Below are positions 49,347 through 63,023 of a stretch of 64,000 nucleotides of DNA, piece after piece. The number at the start of each line of letters is the position of its first letter. Within the stretch, counting starts at the first letter, position 1. The DNA lies in the NCBI RefSeq assembly GCF_006345805.1, contig NC_042997.1, positions 97,774,001 through 97,838,000 on the forward strand, written 5' to 3'. Made by a program: the position numbers and the translations under genes. Origin of the DNA: Octopus sinensis. Taxonomy: Eukaryota. The notes beneath the pieces were generated by a model. The model was not told where the DNA came from, searched no databases, and was given only the letters and a program-made list of their open reading frames with translations.

Positions 49347-50025
49347 CAGCAATCCCCAACCATTTTTGCACCAATTTAGGTGTTATGTACATGTTCCTTC
49401 CATCTGTGGAAAAATTGTCTTGCATGAAGCCAGTCCATCATTTAATGTCCGTTTTCCATGCTGGCATGGGTTGGACGGTTTGATTGAAAGCTGGTAAGCA
49501 AGCTGAGGAGCTGCACCAGGTTCCAATCTGATTTGGCGGGATTTCAGATTGAAATCTGATGCGGCGCCCCAGCTTACCAGTTTTCAGTCAAACCATCCAA
49601 CTCGTGCCAACATGGAAAATGGATGTTAAATGATGGACCGGTTTCGTGCAAGACAGTATTCCCACAAATAGGGGGACCATGTTCTTAACATCTAATTTAA
49701 TTACTACATTTATAATACATAGGTATGCCTTTGTGGTTTGGAATGTTGTTTCTCAATCACATGGTTTTGGGTTCAGCTCCAATGCATGGCACCTTGAGCA
49801 AGTGTCTTCTGCTATAGCTTCAGGCCAACCAAAACATTGTGATTGAATTTGGTCGGCAGAAGTTACTGTCATTTGTTTTCATGTGTGTGGGTGAAAGTGC
49901 TTGTCTCCTTTGGTAGGAGGAAGTGCAAAAACATCTTACAGACTGCAATAGTTGATAAAATAGAAATAAAATGTAAATTTGTTTGGCCCTGTATTGGTTC
50001 ATGGACTGGTGGTTGGGGGCCCCTG
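49347..50025. mobile_element. hAT/Charlie (MER1-like) non-autonomous element with nested inserts
   Basis: cagcaatccccaaccatttttgcacca..ggaccggtttcgtgcaagaca left end; ggttgggggcccctg right end; degenerate 8-bp flanks ctataaat/ctgttgat; B SINE at about 49725-49910 inside. Confidence 0.65.
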
Positions 50026-50078
50026 CTGTTGATAACATTAATGAAGAAGCTGTCTATAGTATTTGTATTACAATCTAA

Positions 50079-50393
<315 letters not shown>

Positions 50394-50394
50394 T

Positions 50395-50760
50395 AATCAT
50401 CCTCTCATTATTTTAACTTTTGCTTTTCTGTTCTTGCATGGGTTGGTTGGAATTTGTTGATGCAGATTTTCTTGGGTTAGATGCCCTTCCTGTTGCCAGA
50501 CCTCACCTGTTTCTAAGAAAGATATCTATTTTATCAAGCACTTTTTGTGGAAGATTGGAAATCATTGACATTGTATGATAGTGGCACTAACAACTATCAC
50601 ATGATGTCAAAGCAAGGAGACCCAAACACTCACCTATATGGGGTTCTTTTTTTTTTTTGTCTGGCTGAGCGCTATAATAGAAAACACTTGCCCATAGTAC
50701 CATGTGGGATTGAACCTGAAACTATATAATTCGGAAGTGAAATTGTTAACCTCTCAGCCC
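50395..50760 (-). mobile_element. SINE type B2 (degraded)
   Basis: Same blocks as the copies at 7712 and 43385. Confidence 0.6.
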
Positions 50761-50859
50761 TTTCTACATTTACAATCAGTGTGATAATAGATATTTTGTT
50801 ACTTGTGTTGTTTCGTCTCTTGGCTTGTATAATTTTTTTAAGTACAGTTTTTTTGTTAA

Positions 50860-51067
50860 TATATTTCTTTTGAAGCATACTTGCCTTTGTTTCATTTAAT
50901 TTTAAAAACAATGAAGAATTTAATAAAATAACTTTGTCATCATGAAGCAGGTCTTTGGAACATTAACATGGAATTTTGATAGATTTGAGTTTAGATCACT
51001 TTTAAACCGGATGTTTGTATCATAGACTCTGGGGCTGTCTCAGGTGGGTTGGTATCAAAAAGGGTTA
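50860..51067. mobile_element. MITE family M1
   Basis: gtttagatcacttttaaac..ggttggtatcaaaaggg terminus. Confidence 0.6.
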
Positions 51068-51068
51068 G

Positions 51069-51425
<357 letters not shown>

Positions 51426-51804
51426 TGATTTGAAGGGTCTAATGAGGATTGCATTGTGCTCCGATGTCTTTCATAGTTTCTATGGCTGGATGTCTTCCTA
51501 ATGCCAATCATTGTCAGTTTGCTCTAATTATTTTATAACAACCAAAATATCTGGATCAATTTGCTTGACTGATCACTTTTTTTTTAGGCTAAACAAAGAA
51601 AAACAAAAATTTGATTAATGGTAAATATTAAAATGCCAAAACTTTATTAATTGGTAATTAAGCAGTCACTTATCTGAATGGATACTTTGCTAATATTTTT
51701 ATTGCAGTGCTTAACAACTGTTTACTAACTGGAAATTTGTCAAACTGCTTAATTATACAAGTTCTCATGAAAAATTCCTATACAAAATTATTTTTTACCT
51801 GTAG

Positions 51805-52134
51805 GTATCAAAGATCTGAGCATGATCAAGTCTACAACAACATTAGCAGACCTTGGTCTAGATTCACTGATGGGAGTGGAGATTAAACAACTACTAGAAA
51901 GAGATTATGATCTTAACTTATCTACACGAGAAATTCGACAGTTGACAATGAAAAAGATTCAAGAAATAAGTGGCTGTGGCTCCCAGTCACCATCACCATC
52001 ATTCCAACAGCCTCTTCTTACCAATGGCATAACTCTTTATAACCTCAACCAAATCATTCCTTTACAAAATATTATTTCACTCAATTCAGTCAAATCTGAT
52101 GAACGGCCTTTCTTCATTATTCATCCCCTTGAAG
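51805..52134 (+). CDS. FASN: FASN exon 23 (ACP, linker, TE start)
   Basis: LADLGLDSLMGVEIKQLLER...RPFFIIHPLE; 330 nt. Confidence 0.97.
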
Positions 52135-53234
52135 GTCAGTAAAATGAATTTCTATTTTGATCATTGTCTTCATCTGTTTCCTGTTAACTATGTTGATTTA
52201 ACCTTTTTGTTACCATATTCCTGTGAGACCATTGGATTCAGAAATAATTGTGTATTTTGACTGATTTTGTAAAACAACTTGTTTCTTAATCTATAATAAT
52301 AAACACACAATTCTGTCTCTCTGTCCATTTGGGACCCTTGTATCTTAGTCTAAGTTTGCTGTACATAGACATATTATGCCTTTTTGGAATCTGGATGATC
52401 CTGGGATTGAAAATCTGCCTTTCATTTGGTTCTTGAACATTCAGCATTGAGATCAGGTTTTGATGAGAAGTTATGTTAACAGTTGAAAATTCAAATTTTA
52501 AAAGAACTCCAAAACTTCATTTAAAGTGAATTTAAAGTAATATACCATTTGGTAAATGCTGTATTATTATTGCTCTTTTGTTTTGGGCTGCAAGCCCAAT
52601 TAGTACTCTGCAGGAGCTAACTTAAAGTCCACGCAGTGTGGCTTTTAAGCTAGTATATATTAAAGTGGTTTTTGGAACAGAGCAAAAGGTTCTTACATAA
52701 ATTTGGAATTTTTGTTGCAAAACTTCTAATCACAAGTAGAGGTAAAATCAGAAGTTAACATTGCAGCCACACGATTTTGGGCTTGCTCCTACTGCATGAC
52801 ACCTTGAGCAACTTGGGTCGACCAAAGCCTTGGTTGACGAAAACTGAAAGAAGCCTGTCGTCTTTGTGTTTGCCTCCACCCCACCCACTGCTTGACAACT
52901 GGTGTTGGTTTATTAACTAATATTTAGCAAGAATAAAATATGAATTGTGGCTTAAAACTTCAAAGAAGTATTGTGTTCAACATAGGTTTTTTGTTGTTTT
53001 TGGTTGCTTGTAAGTACACATATATAAAGCATATATAATTTATCAATGTTTGAAGGAAGATATAAAATGAACATATTTGAATGATCTCCCTAACTCTTTG
53101 CTAATTTACTTAAGCAGAATTTGATCACACTTCAATAGGTAATTTCCAAGCAAATGCTTCTTTTTCCTCCCGTATTACAAAGTAAATTCAAATTATAGGT
53201 AATAATTGGAAGCCTTGTAAATTTGAAAATGATG

Positions 53235-53487
53235 TCATCATCATTTTCATCATCATCATTTAGCGTCCGCTTTCCATGCTAGCATGGGTTGGACGGTTCA
53301 ACTGGGATCTGGGAAGCCAGAAGGCTGCACCAGGCCCAGTCTGATCTGGCAATGTTTCTACGGCTGGATGCCCTTCCTAATGCCAACCACTCCATGAGTG
53401 TAGTGGCTGCTTTTTATGTGCCACCGGCACGGGGGCCAGACGAGGCTGGCAACGGCCACGATCGGATGGTTCGCTTACGTGCCACGT
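53235..53487 (-). mobile_element. 5'-truncated RTE 3' end
   Basis: Very similar to the copy at 57705. Confidence 0.85.
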
Positions 53488-53893
53488 GCATTAGAAAATT
53501 ATATTAATTAACTTTATTGGCTCAATCAACCCTGACTGTGTTTCTAGATATTTTTTACTTGATAACTGTGTGGTTTTGGATGCATTTCCTTTTGTATGGT
53601 ACATAGGTTGTTTTCTGGATTGAAAATTGACTTGTGAGTGGAATTGGTAAATGGAAATTGTATGGAAGCCTATCATACGCATTGCAAGGTATTGGTTGGC
53701 ACATGGTATCAGTAGAATACATTTATCAAGGTGCCACACAGTAGGACTGAACTGAACCTGAAACCATGAGGTTGAGAATTAAATTTCTTAACCATATAGC
53801 CACAAATTTAATTTAGAACAGTGTATGACATAAAAAAAAACTCCTGTTGACATTTTACAAAACTGTATTTTCATAATGGTATTTCTCTTCCAG

Positions 53894-54012
53894 GTTCTGC
53901 TCATTGTCTTAAGGTTCTTGCATCATATCTTAAAATTCCTGTGTATGGTCTTCAGTGTACTGCCACAACACCTCTAGAGTCCATTGAATCATTAGCTTCC
54001 TATTACCTACAG
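53894..54012 (+). CDS. FASN: FASN exon 24 (TE)
   Basis: GSAHCLKVLASYLKIPVYGLQCT...LASYYLQ; 119 nt; not in the ORF track. Confidence 0.95.
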
Positions 54013-54185
54013 GTAACTTTTTGATTAGTTTCATACAGCATTGGTAAATTTAACAATTTTCTTATGGTACTACATACATATATCTTGAATCTAATGCTAA
54101 CCTTTTAACTGTGAAATTATATTTCTTGGTTATTCCAGTCATGAGCAGGCTGTTTGGTTGATCGTATCAACTGGAACACCTGTTA

Positions 54186-54380
54186 AGGGTGCTGAAAAGT
54201 TCCTGGCTTGAAGGTTGGAAGCCCAATCTTCTGAGTTCTTTTACAGGGTTTATAAAAACTGAAAGACTGCTGCAACAAGTGTTTGATTCTGAGAGGGGAA
54301 TATTTTGAATAAAATTATAATTAACTGATCCTCTTGTATTTTTTTTTTTCACCCAAAGCCAGGTACTTTTCAGCAGCCCC
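54186..54380. mobile_element. Mariner-type MITE, TA-flanked
   Basis: gggtgctgaaaagttcctggctt / aagccaggtacttttcagcagccc TIRs. Confidence 0.8.
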
Positions 54381-54651
54381 TAAAAATAGAAATTGTATTT
54401 TCCATGAGTCATATTGCCTCAAACTCAACTCATCACAAAAAAAAAAAAACAAAAAAAAAAAACAAAACACCAGTTTCAAACATAACATTCCTCAGCATAA
54501 AAATGGATTTATATATAAAACTACTTTCTGCAATTAAAAGGCAATGAAAATTTGAATGAATATTTATTTGCTTTCCTCTATAATGGGGAAAGAGCTAATT
54601 TCTGTAATTTGTCATATTTTGCTGTTTGACATTTACAGTTTCCATTTTGAT

Positions 54652-54652
<1 letters not shown>

Positions 54653-54684
<32 letters not shown>
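54653..54684. repeat. (AG)n microsatellite
   Basis: Direct reading. Confidence 0.95.
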
Positions 54685-54689
<5 letters not shown>

Positions 54690-55785
54690 AAAATCTTGAC
54701 ATCATTTCAAATTTAGGTCTGATTTTATTGTTTCACTTATCGTCCTAATAAATGATAAAGTTTATTGCTGCTAAAGACTAACACTTCATTTTGAGGGCGT
54801 TCGTGTTTACAAGAGAACTGTAGCCCAAAATAGTTCAACCATACGTTACTCTTGATACATTTTATAAACATATAAAGTTGTAACAGCTTCTTTCAAAAAC
54901 AAATTTTTCATTCCGATGTTTATTGTAATTAAAAAGAAAAAGCTTCTTTGGTATGAATTCACATATGATAGGGTCTGATGTACTGAAAATTGTAAACTTA
55001 AATAGATATTACATCCACAGTCAGAGCTGGAGATGTTAAAAATAAAAATACGAAAAGCGAACAAGGGAGATAACTAATCAAAACCATTGATTCAACTGTC
55101 AGCAATTGGTGAATTATTCATGTAACAGACAAGATTCATTTCTTGCTACATTGTCTTTATTTTCCCCAACATTTCAAATATTTGATTTTATTGGAGTTAT
55201 CTTTGCTTCACTTTGTAAACGCCCAAGTTTTTGCTTACTGACTGACTGCACAAATAATGTATTGAATTTTTCAACTCTATTACATATATGATACCTTAAT
55301 GTATATACCTCTGATGGGCTTTCTCAAAGATATATTGTATTAAAAATTCAATTTCATTGAATAGAAAAAAAAAAATAAATAAAAGTAAAGTTGTCATCAT
55401 TAATATTCAATTATTGCTATTGTCTTTTGAATTACTATTTATGAAAGAGGAGCAAGTACAAGAGTTTGCTGAATCTTAAGTTTTTATTTTTCTAGATTAA
55501 ATTGTTCCTTTTTTTCCTCCACCATAAGACTAGGATAGTGATTATTTAGAATGTGTATATTGTTGAAGAAGCAGTAGGTTTTACAGTTAAACTTCAAGGA
55601 GCTACAAATTGTTGCAGTAGCATTAGAAATGGGAAATACAGTTGAGTTGGTGAACGAAAGTTTGCTTGTAATACCTCATTATCTCCCTTTTCTTTTAAAT
55701 TGAAATCTAACGTTAAACTCTTGTTTTTTTTCATATAATTTTGAATACTGCTTTGTTAACCAGTTGTTGTGATTTCTATTTTCAG

Positions 55786-56043
55786 AAAATTTATGAAGTT
55801 CAACCGAAAGGACCTTACCGAATTGGTGGTTATTCTTTTGGTGCTGGTCTAGCAACAGAGATTGTTATACAGATTGAAGCTTCAAAAGAAAAAGTAGAAA
55901 ACTTAGTGCTTCTTGATGGTTCCCATAACTATGTTGCTGCTCATACCTTCAGCCACAGAGTGAAAACATCTCAGCTGAACCTCTTAGAATCACAAGCTAT
56001 GGTGGCTTTCTCTAGACAATTTATAGAAGTTCCTTATCAAACA
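55786..56043 (+). CDS. FASN: FASN exon 25 (TE catalytic Ser/Asp)
   Basis: QPKGPYRIGGYSFGA...LLDGSH; 258 nt. Confidence 0.96.
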
Positions 56044-56649
56044 GTAAGATCCTTTTAAAATTCTTTATCAAACTAAAGTATTTAAAATTTACTGGCAAAA
56101 GTGTCTAGAAATTAAATGGCCATGTCTTAAAGTGAAGTGGTGGTTGTTGATTCAATGAAAGTCAGTGTTGCAATAGGAGTTTAAATGGTATAATGGCTTC
56201 AAACTAGATGTAATTAACTGATCTCCCTCTCTCCCTTAATATTGATGATCTTGTGTGAAAATTTGAAGCCATTATTAATATAGCCATTGTGAGTCTGAGA
56301 AACGGATCATATATACTCAGTTTGAATTTTACTAGAGTTGCTTATTGAGAAGATAACTTGCTTAGTTTTGAGATATTTTAAGAACTAAATGAAATTATTC
56401 TGAGATTTATTTAGCTCCCTGCTACCTTATCTGAAATAGGATGAAAGTACTGATTGTTGAAATAGACTGACTCCTTGGACACTTCTACACTAGTTGAAAT
56501 TATATTTTGAATGATTTTTAATTCCCTGACAGTCTGTTTCTTCTTTCATCTCTTCCTTTTGAATATTCTATAGTAAGAGAAATCTAAAGTTTTGACTGAG
56601 TCCTTTCTTTAACTGTCCTGAATTTCTTGTCTCCTAATTCCATATTAAT

Positions 56650-56870
56650 CATTCAGCATTTAAACCAGTTGTATCTGGTCCAAATAGTCTGTGTTGTATG
56701 CTCAAAATGGCTGGATTTGGCCTCTCATACCTACCCTACAATGTCATTTTAAAAATAAATGATCGTCTCATTGAAATCTTGAAGCTATGAGATGATACAT
56801 AATAAATTTGAAACAATGTAAATAAATAACATTACATTTGACAAAGTAATCTGACTGCTGAAGGGTTATA
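56650..56870. mobile_element. MITE family M2
   Basis: cagcatttaaacc...ctctcatacctaccctacaatgtcatt...gaagggtta. Confidence 0.7.
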
Positions 56871-56907
56871 ATATTTAGACTAATTGTTTATTTTTTCTGG
56901 TTTTCAG

Positions 56908-57162
56908 CTGATTGACCACTTAGTTGTATTGAACAACTTCGAAGAACGGGCAAAGAAAATAGTTGACTTGATCCTGTTGCACAATCCCTTAGTAAAGCAC
57001 AGGGATGAGATGATATTTGCTGCCAATGTTTTCCATCAGCTTCTCTTGATTGCTGAAGCCTACAAGCCCAGCTGTAAGATCAACACCAGCGTGAAGCTTT
57101 ACAGAGCAAAGGACACAACTCATGAGTTTACAAGACTTGGAAATGATTATGGAGTGAAGGCC
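56908..57162 (+). CDS. FASN: FASN exon 26 (TE)
   Basis: ...AYKP...LYRAK...LGNDYGVKA; 255 nt. Confidence 0.94.
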
Positions 57163-57326
57163 GTAAGAAAAACATTTTAACTAAGGAGTGTGTGCAGTGT
57201 TTGAAAATGACCTTTTTGGAGAAGGGCTGTTGGGATTTAACTTTAGCATTTAAACTGGTCTTATGAGGCTCAAATATTCTACATGTTTTATGTTTAAACT
57301 GACCAAATTCAGCCTCTTACATCTGT

Positions 57327-57668
57327 GCAGGTGTGGCTGTGTGGTCAGAAGCTTTTTTTCCAACTACATGGTTTCAGGTTCAATCCTACTGCATGACACC
57401 TTGGTAAAGTGTCTTCTGCAATAGCCTTGAGCTGATCAAAGCCTTGTGAGTGGATTTGGTAGACAGAAACTGAAAGAAGCCCGTTGTGTGTGTGTGTGTG
57501 TGTGTGTGTACATATGTATGCAGGTGTATTTAAGCCTAGGAGTGTGTTTGGTAAGTAACTTGTTTACCAACCACATGGTTCTGTGTTCAGTCCCAATGTG
57601 TGGCACCTTGGGCAAGTGTCTTCTATAGCTTCGGGCCAACCGAAGCACTGAAAGAAGCCTGTCGGTGG

Positions 57669-57707
<39 letters not shown>

Positions 57708-58018
57708 TCGTCATCATTTAGCATCTGCTTTCCATGCTAGCATGGGTTGGACGGTTCAACTGGGGTCTGGGAAGCCAGAAGGCTGCACCAGGCCCAGTCT
57801 GATCTGGCAATGTTTCTACGGCTGGATGCCCTTCCTAATGCCAATCACTCCGTGAGTGTAGTGGGTGTGTTTTACGTGCCACTGGCACAGGTGCCAGACG
57901 GGGGCTGGCAAACGGCCATGGTCGGATGGTGCTTTTTACGTGCCACCGGCACGTGGGCCAGGCGAGGCTGGCAACAGCCACAATCAGATGGTGCTTTTTA
58001 CATGCCACCGGCATGGAG

Positions 58019-58069
<51 letters not shown>

Positions 58070-58262
58070 GTGTGTCTGTGTTTGTCCCCCCAACATCGCT
58101 TGACAGCCGATGCTGGTGTGTTTACATCTTCATAACTTATCAGTTTAGCAAAAGAGATCGTTAGGATAAGTACTAGGCTTACAAAGAATAAGTCTTGTGG
58201 TTGATTTGCTCGACTAAAGGTGATGCTTCAGCATGGCTACAGTCAAATGAATGAAATAAATA
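57327..58262 (+). mobile_element. B1 SINE with duplicated head/core and an RTE 3' end (57705-58015, minus) nested in its (TA)n
   Basis: Two head/core blocks (about 57327-57480 and 57545-57665), (TA)n on both sides of the RTE insert, B1 tail about 58070-58262. Confidence 0.75.
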
Positions 58263-58324
58263 AAAGAATGCGTGCGTGCGTGTGTGTGTGTGGTGTGTGT
58301 GTGTGTGTGTATGCATGTGTATAT

Positions 58325-58600
58325 ATAATAATATAATGATAATGAAATTGTGTGTAATGCTGAGGTGAACCACAACTCATCAAAGGTGCATATACTGTAC
58401 ATAGAATTATGTACAAAAGTCAGGAAAGTGAACAGTGCATGAGTATGGAGTGAGGATATCAGGTGTAGTGTTGGTGAATTTCAGGAAGCATGGACGTTTT
58501 AAAGGATGCAATGACTCGGCAACTAACAACTGAGCAGGTAGTTTGTCTCATGCTTCAGTAACTCTGATTGTGAAAAAATGTTTCTGAAAGCCATGGGAGT
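58325..58600 (-). mobile_element. CR1-clade LINE 3' fragment
   Basis: Reverse complement matches 48740-49028 (SHGFQKHFFTIRV..KLPA). Confidence 0.8.
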
Positions 58601-58629
58601 TGTACTGATTTCTGACTTTGTAGGCATAC

Positions 58630-58846
58630 CCATGTGTGTTTGACTGTGGCCATGCTGGAGCACTGCCTTGAGGTTTTTTCCCCCTAAGTTGAACAAGTGG
58701 ACCCCCAGGACTTCTTTCTGTGTTTTCAAAACCCCGTACTTATTCTGTTGGTCCCTGTTACCTATCCACTAAGTTAGGTAAACACACCAACACTGGTTGT
58801 CAAGTGGTGATGACACACACACACACTCTCTCACTCAATCTCCTAC

Positions 58847-58896
<50 letters not shown>

Positions 58897-58942
58897 ACCA
58901 TGTGGTTGGGTAGCAAGCTTCTTACCACACAGCCACATCTGT
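58630..58942 (-). mobile_element. SINE type B1 with internal deletion and (GT)n 58849-58894
   Basis: Tail and head blocks recognisable. Confidence 0.65.
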
Positions 58943-59168
58943 ATCTATGTCGTATATTCTGCAAAAGGTTTTCCACTCCTCCCTGGCATAGAAAACAGGG
59001 CTGCTAGAAATAGCTGGTGAGAACTGCAGATGCTATAGATATTGTCTCTTCTAACTGCTGATAACTATTTAGTTGTGCTGTGTGCATGTTTACACACCCA
59101 TGTATGCATTTATATAAAAACATTTTTGTATTTTTAATTTGGTCACATTTCTTCCTCTTTTTATGTAG

Positions 59169-59288
59169 GTGTGTTCCGGAGACCTGTCTGTTGATGTGAT
59201 GGAAGGCAACCACGAATCTTTCATCCTGGGAGAAAATGCTGCTGTTCTTGGAGATCTTATTAACAAAATTTATGTCTCCAGTCTCTAG
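59169..59288 (+). CDS. FASN: FASN exon 27 (TE catalytic His, stop)
   Basis: VCSGDLSVDVMEGNHESFILG...YVSSL*; 120 nt ending in TAG. Confidence 0.94.
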   Translation: MCSGDLSVDVMEGNHESFILGENAAVLGDLINKIYVSSL

Positions 59289-62200
59289 AAATGCTGACAG
59301 TTTTCCATTTCCAGTTAAATATCTTTTTCTTTCCCTTCTTGCCATATTCAATTAAATGTTACCTTACCCTTAATGTCGTGGGTAACATTTCTTTTCCTCT
59401 CTTTTCTGATTCTCTTTCCTCCCCATCCTTGTATAGTGTAAAGCCACATTGTTCCTATATTTACTTTGATATCTTATTTTAGACTGCTCACTGAAATTAC
59501 TCATTGTTTTTGTTCTTGTTATCCAGTATAGCATTATAATAATAATAATAATATTAATAATAATGTGAAACTGTGAGAGTCTTATTGGCAATTAAAATGG
59601 AAAAAGATTAACAAGGAATAGTATTTTCTTACTGCTTTTTGTGTTGTTTTATATTTAGCTAATTTGCATCACAATGTCTGCGTATATTTTCTGCTCATTG
59701 ATCATGCATATTTCTTTTAAAAACAAATTGAATTTATTTGACAAAAAAAAAAAAATTGAAGCTGTCTCAAACTCTGTTTGGGAGGTTACGCTTTTTTCTT
59801 AATAATTTATAAATGGATTAAAATTAGAAATATTACTATTTAATTATTTAACATCTGTTTGCATGTCAGATTACAAATAAATTAGTATGAAATATTTATT
59901 GAAATTCTTTTGGAACATCGTAATAGTATTTATTTTACTGTTAATATTGTGAGTAATGTAGAGCAGGAGATTAAACTCCCTCTGATGAACAGGTAACCAG
60001 TTTTGAATCCTGTTTGAAAGCTTATTCACTTACACTACTACTAATGATCTTGAGACTGGTGTGAATGATATACTCTCTCATCCTAGCTCTATATCTTATA
60101 GTTTCAAACATCCTAAATCAATGAACTTAAGTACTAGCTATGAATAGCAGTTGATTTCCTTTACTTGTTCTGCTCCTGATGCCCTTCACAGTTTACCAGT
60201 CTTGTGCCAATATGAGAAACCATTAGTAGTATTAATTTTTTTTTTTTTTTTGCCATGAATAAATCTATCATTTTCTTAAATAAGCTTAGCCAGTATAATT
60301 TTTTTCTCTTGTTAAAATAAGCTTAGCCAGTATAATTGTTTGAGAATTAATTCATACTGACATGCATGCACACAAACATAATTATAAATAATAATAAATT
60401 GCCTTAGCAAAATAAAAATAAAAATTGTGAGCACCTGTTAAAAATTTCAGTAAAATTGCAATGAAAGAAAGGGAAACACCTTAATGACTTCACTGAAAAA
60501 TACTGATGCAGCTCTCTATACAACGTATTTTTTATAGGTTCTTGTTATATAAATATATATATAAAACCGGTGTCTTATGAATTTTTATATGAAAACTGAA
60601 AAAAAAAAACTGGAAAAAAAAATACAAAATTAAAAAAAAAAACTGACAGGAAAATAAATTTTAACAAAAATCAGTTATACCTTGTGCAATTGTGGCTAGA
60701 AGGCTTTCTTCAGCACCACCTTCAATGAATGTTATGAAGCAGAAATGACAAAAGTGGTGCTTGTTAGTTCTTCATTAATCGGATCTTTATTTTCATTACA
60801 GCTTTTGAATATTGTTTTTTCTTGAGATATTTTTGTCCCCATTTTTGGCTTAAAAGCAAGTTGTTCATTGTTCTAGGGAGTAATTTCCTGCTTATACTGA
60901 TGACAATGATGATAATGCTCCCTTTAAAATATTCTGTTATATAATCTTTTGTTTCTACATTACTCTTTTATTGAAGCAATAAAATTCTAAAATTATACTG
61001 ATTTTACTTTTTTTCTTAAATATTAGATTTGGGTGAAGAATATTCAGGTAATGGGTTAATAAGCATTCATCCTATTGGGCAAAGTACTCTACACTTTGTT
61101 CAGTGGAATCTGTGCATTACTTTTGTTTGCAAATGGATATTAAGACACACAGCAATCTACTGTAGCTAATATACCATTTTCTTTTGTCTTTTTCTTACAC
61201 CTAATTTTCCATTAGCATTGGTTAAACAAACATAAATTGAGCTAGTTTTTTACAACCTTATGCCCTTCTTGCTATGAACACTTAACTGTTTTTCAAATAA
61301 AGGATCTCCTATGCTGTATGTCTTGAAAAGCATAGAACTAAGACAATTTGTTTCCGTTTATTTTGAAAATTACGGATTTAGTAAAATAGTTTTGCCATTA
61401 TTAGCGTTCGAAACTAATAGAAATATGAGGAAAAGTTTTAATTTAGATCATTTTAAGGCAATAAGTTAGATCACTTTTGGCACCAACCTGCCTGAAGCTG
61501 TCTCAGGCTGGTTGGCATCAAAAGATGTATAAATTTTATTTCCTGTCTTAACATCAAATGAACGACATGAATATTAAACCATGAAGCCCAGTAATGCTTA
61601 TTAGTTTCAGATAAACATTCTCAATGCTAGACTTATGAATATTATACTAGTCTTTTGATCTTTGCCAAAAGGCTGAGAAGCAACTTATGAATTGTATGTT
61701 ATTGAGAGCAAATTAACTGGAATCAACTCATGATATACATGAACCATTTTTTTGTATTATCTGATGAATGATTAAAGGAAAGCACTTCAAGAAACAGGTT
61801 GAGATTATCAACATATACTACTTATATGTTAATAAGTGTTTTCTGTCATATGAGGAGTTCAGAATATATATTTTGCCTCTCTGGATTAATAACTAATTAT
61901 TGTATATAGATGCAATAATAGAAAAACAATTTTTTCCAAATTTCATGGTGAATGAATACTAATGTAATATTAAATTAAAACCAATTCCTCATTTGTATAT
62001 TTGCAATAACTGTTAATTACAAAAATACATTTTTTTCATTTAGTTGAAGATGTAACATTTAGTAATATTTTAACAGTGGTAAAGGTGTATTCCTAACCTT
62101 TACCTTTCATATAGCAGGTAACTCTTGAGTTTATTGTAACTTGTCAGCTCACACCTGGAATCTGAGGATTGATTTCTCCTCCTGGGCGAATATTCAGGCC

Positions 62201-62367
62201 ATTTAATGCTGGTGGTGAATGTGGCTAACAAGACTAATACTGGTGTAGAGTACATGATTGTATTAGCCACCTGTGAATGCTGGAGTTGGTTGTATTTGCT
62301 TCTGTTTAGCTTTTTGCTGCCATCATCTCTCTTCCTCTTTTTATTCATTGTCTTTCAAACAATATTA

Positions 62368-62600
62368 TGAGATGGTATCAAAAAGTTCCCTAACTAGTTC
62401 TGTAGCCAACAGATGGCAGCACATGGTTGCATGCACAGCGAGAGCTAGCAGTGACCTTCATGGGGCAGTGTGGCAAGTGACATTGTGTTACTTTGCAAGT
62501 TGTGAAATATGTGGTTTTTTTGATCACTGTATGACACCTTGTAGTCTGTGATTTTGTCATGAACAAGAAGTTGGAAGAAAGAGCCAATGCCAAATTTTGA
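62368..62600 (+). mobile_element. 5' end of a mariner element (truncated)
   Basis: ta|tgagatggtatcaaaaagttccc TIR-like start, gccaacagatggcagcac, ATG 62559 MNKKLEERANAKF* resembling a mariner transposase N-terminus. Confidence 0.7.
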
Positions 62601-62625
62601 TCTTTTCACCAGGAAAAAAATAATC

Positions 62626-62660
<35 letters not shown>

Positions 62661-63023
62661 GTGGAATCAAGTACCCTGACATCCTAATATGCTGCAAATT
62701 CCTTATTTTCGTTCTGGAAAAAAGTGGGTGGGGCGAGGGGGATCCCCCATTCTGGAATCATTGGGAATTTAAAAAAAATTTTTTTTTTTTTTTTTTGTTT
62801 AATAAATACTTGTGACTTCCTATGTTACAAAACCCTTTTTGGGGTCTGAAAAACGGGGTGGGGTGAGGTGGAAGCCTCGGAAATTTTACCCACTCCCAAC
62901 GTTTTACAGAATTAAATTTTCCAGTGAGAGAATTACATGGTTCATTATTAAATATATTATATATAGTAGAGAATGTGACATTTATATTGTGTTTGTATGT
63001 ATGTATGTATGCATGCATGTGTG

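Noticed and set aside
62600-62950. G-rich runs and long poly-T as possible G-quadruplex or terminator signals
   Set aside because: Irregular homopolymer-rich sequence that may reflect low-quality consensus; no consistent motif I can support.
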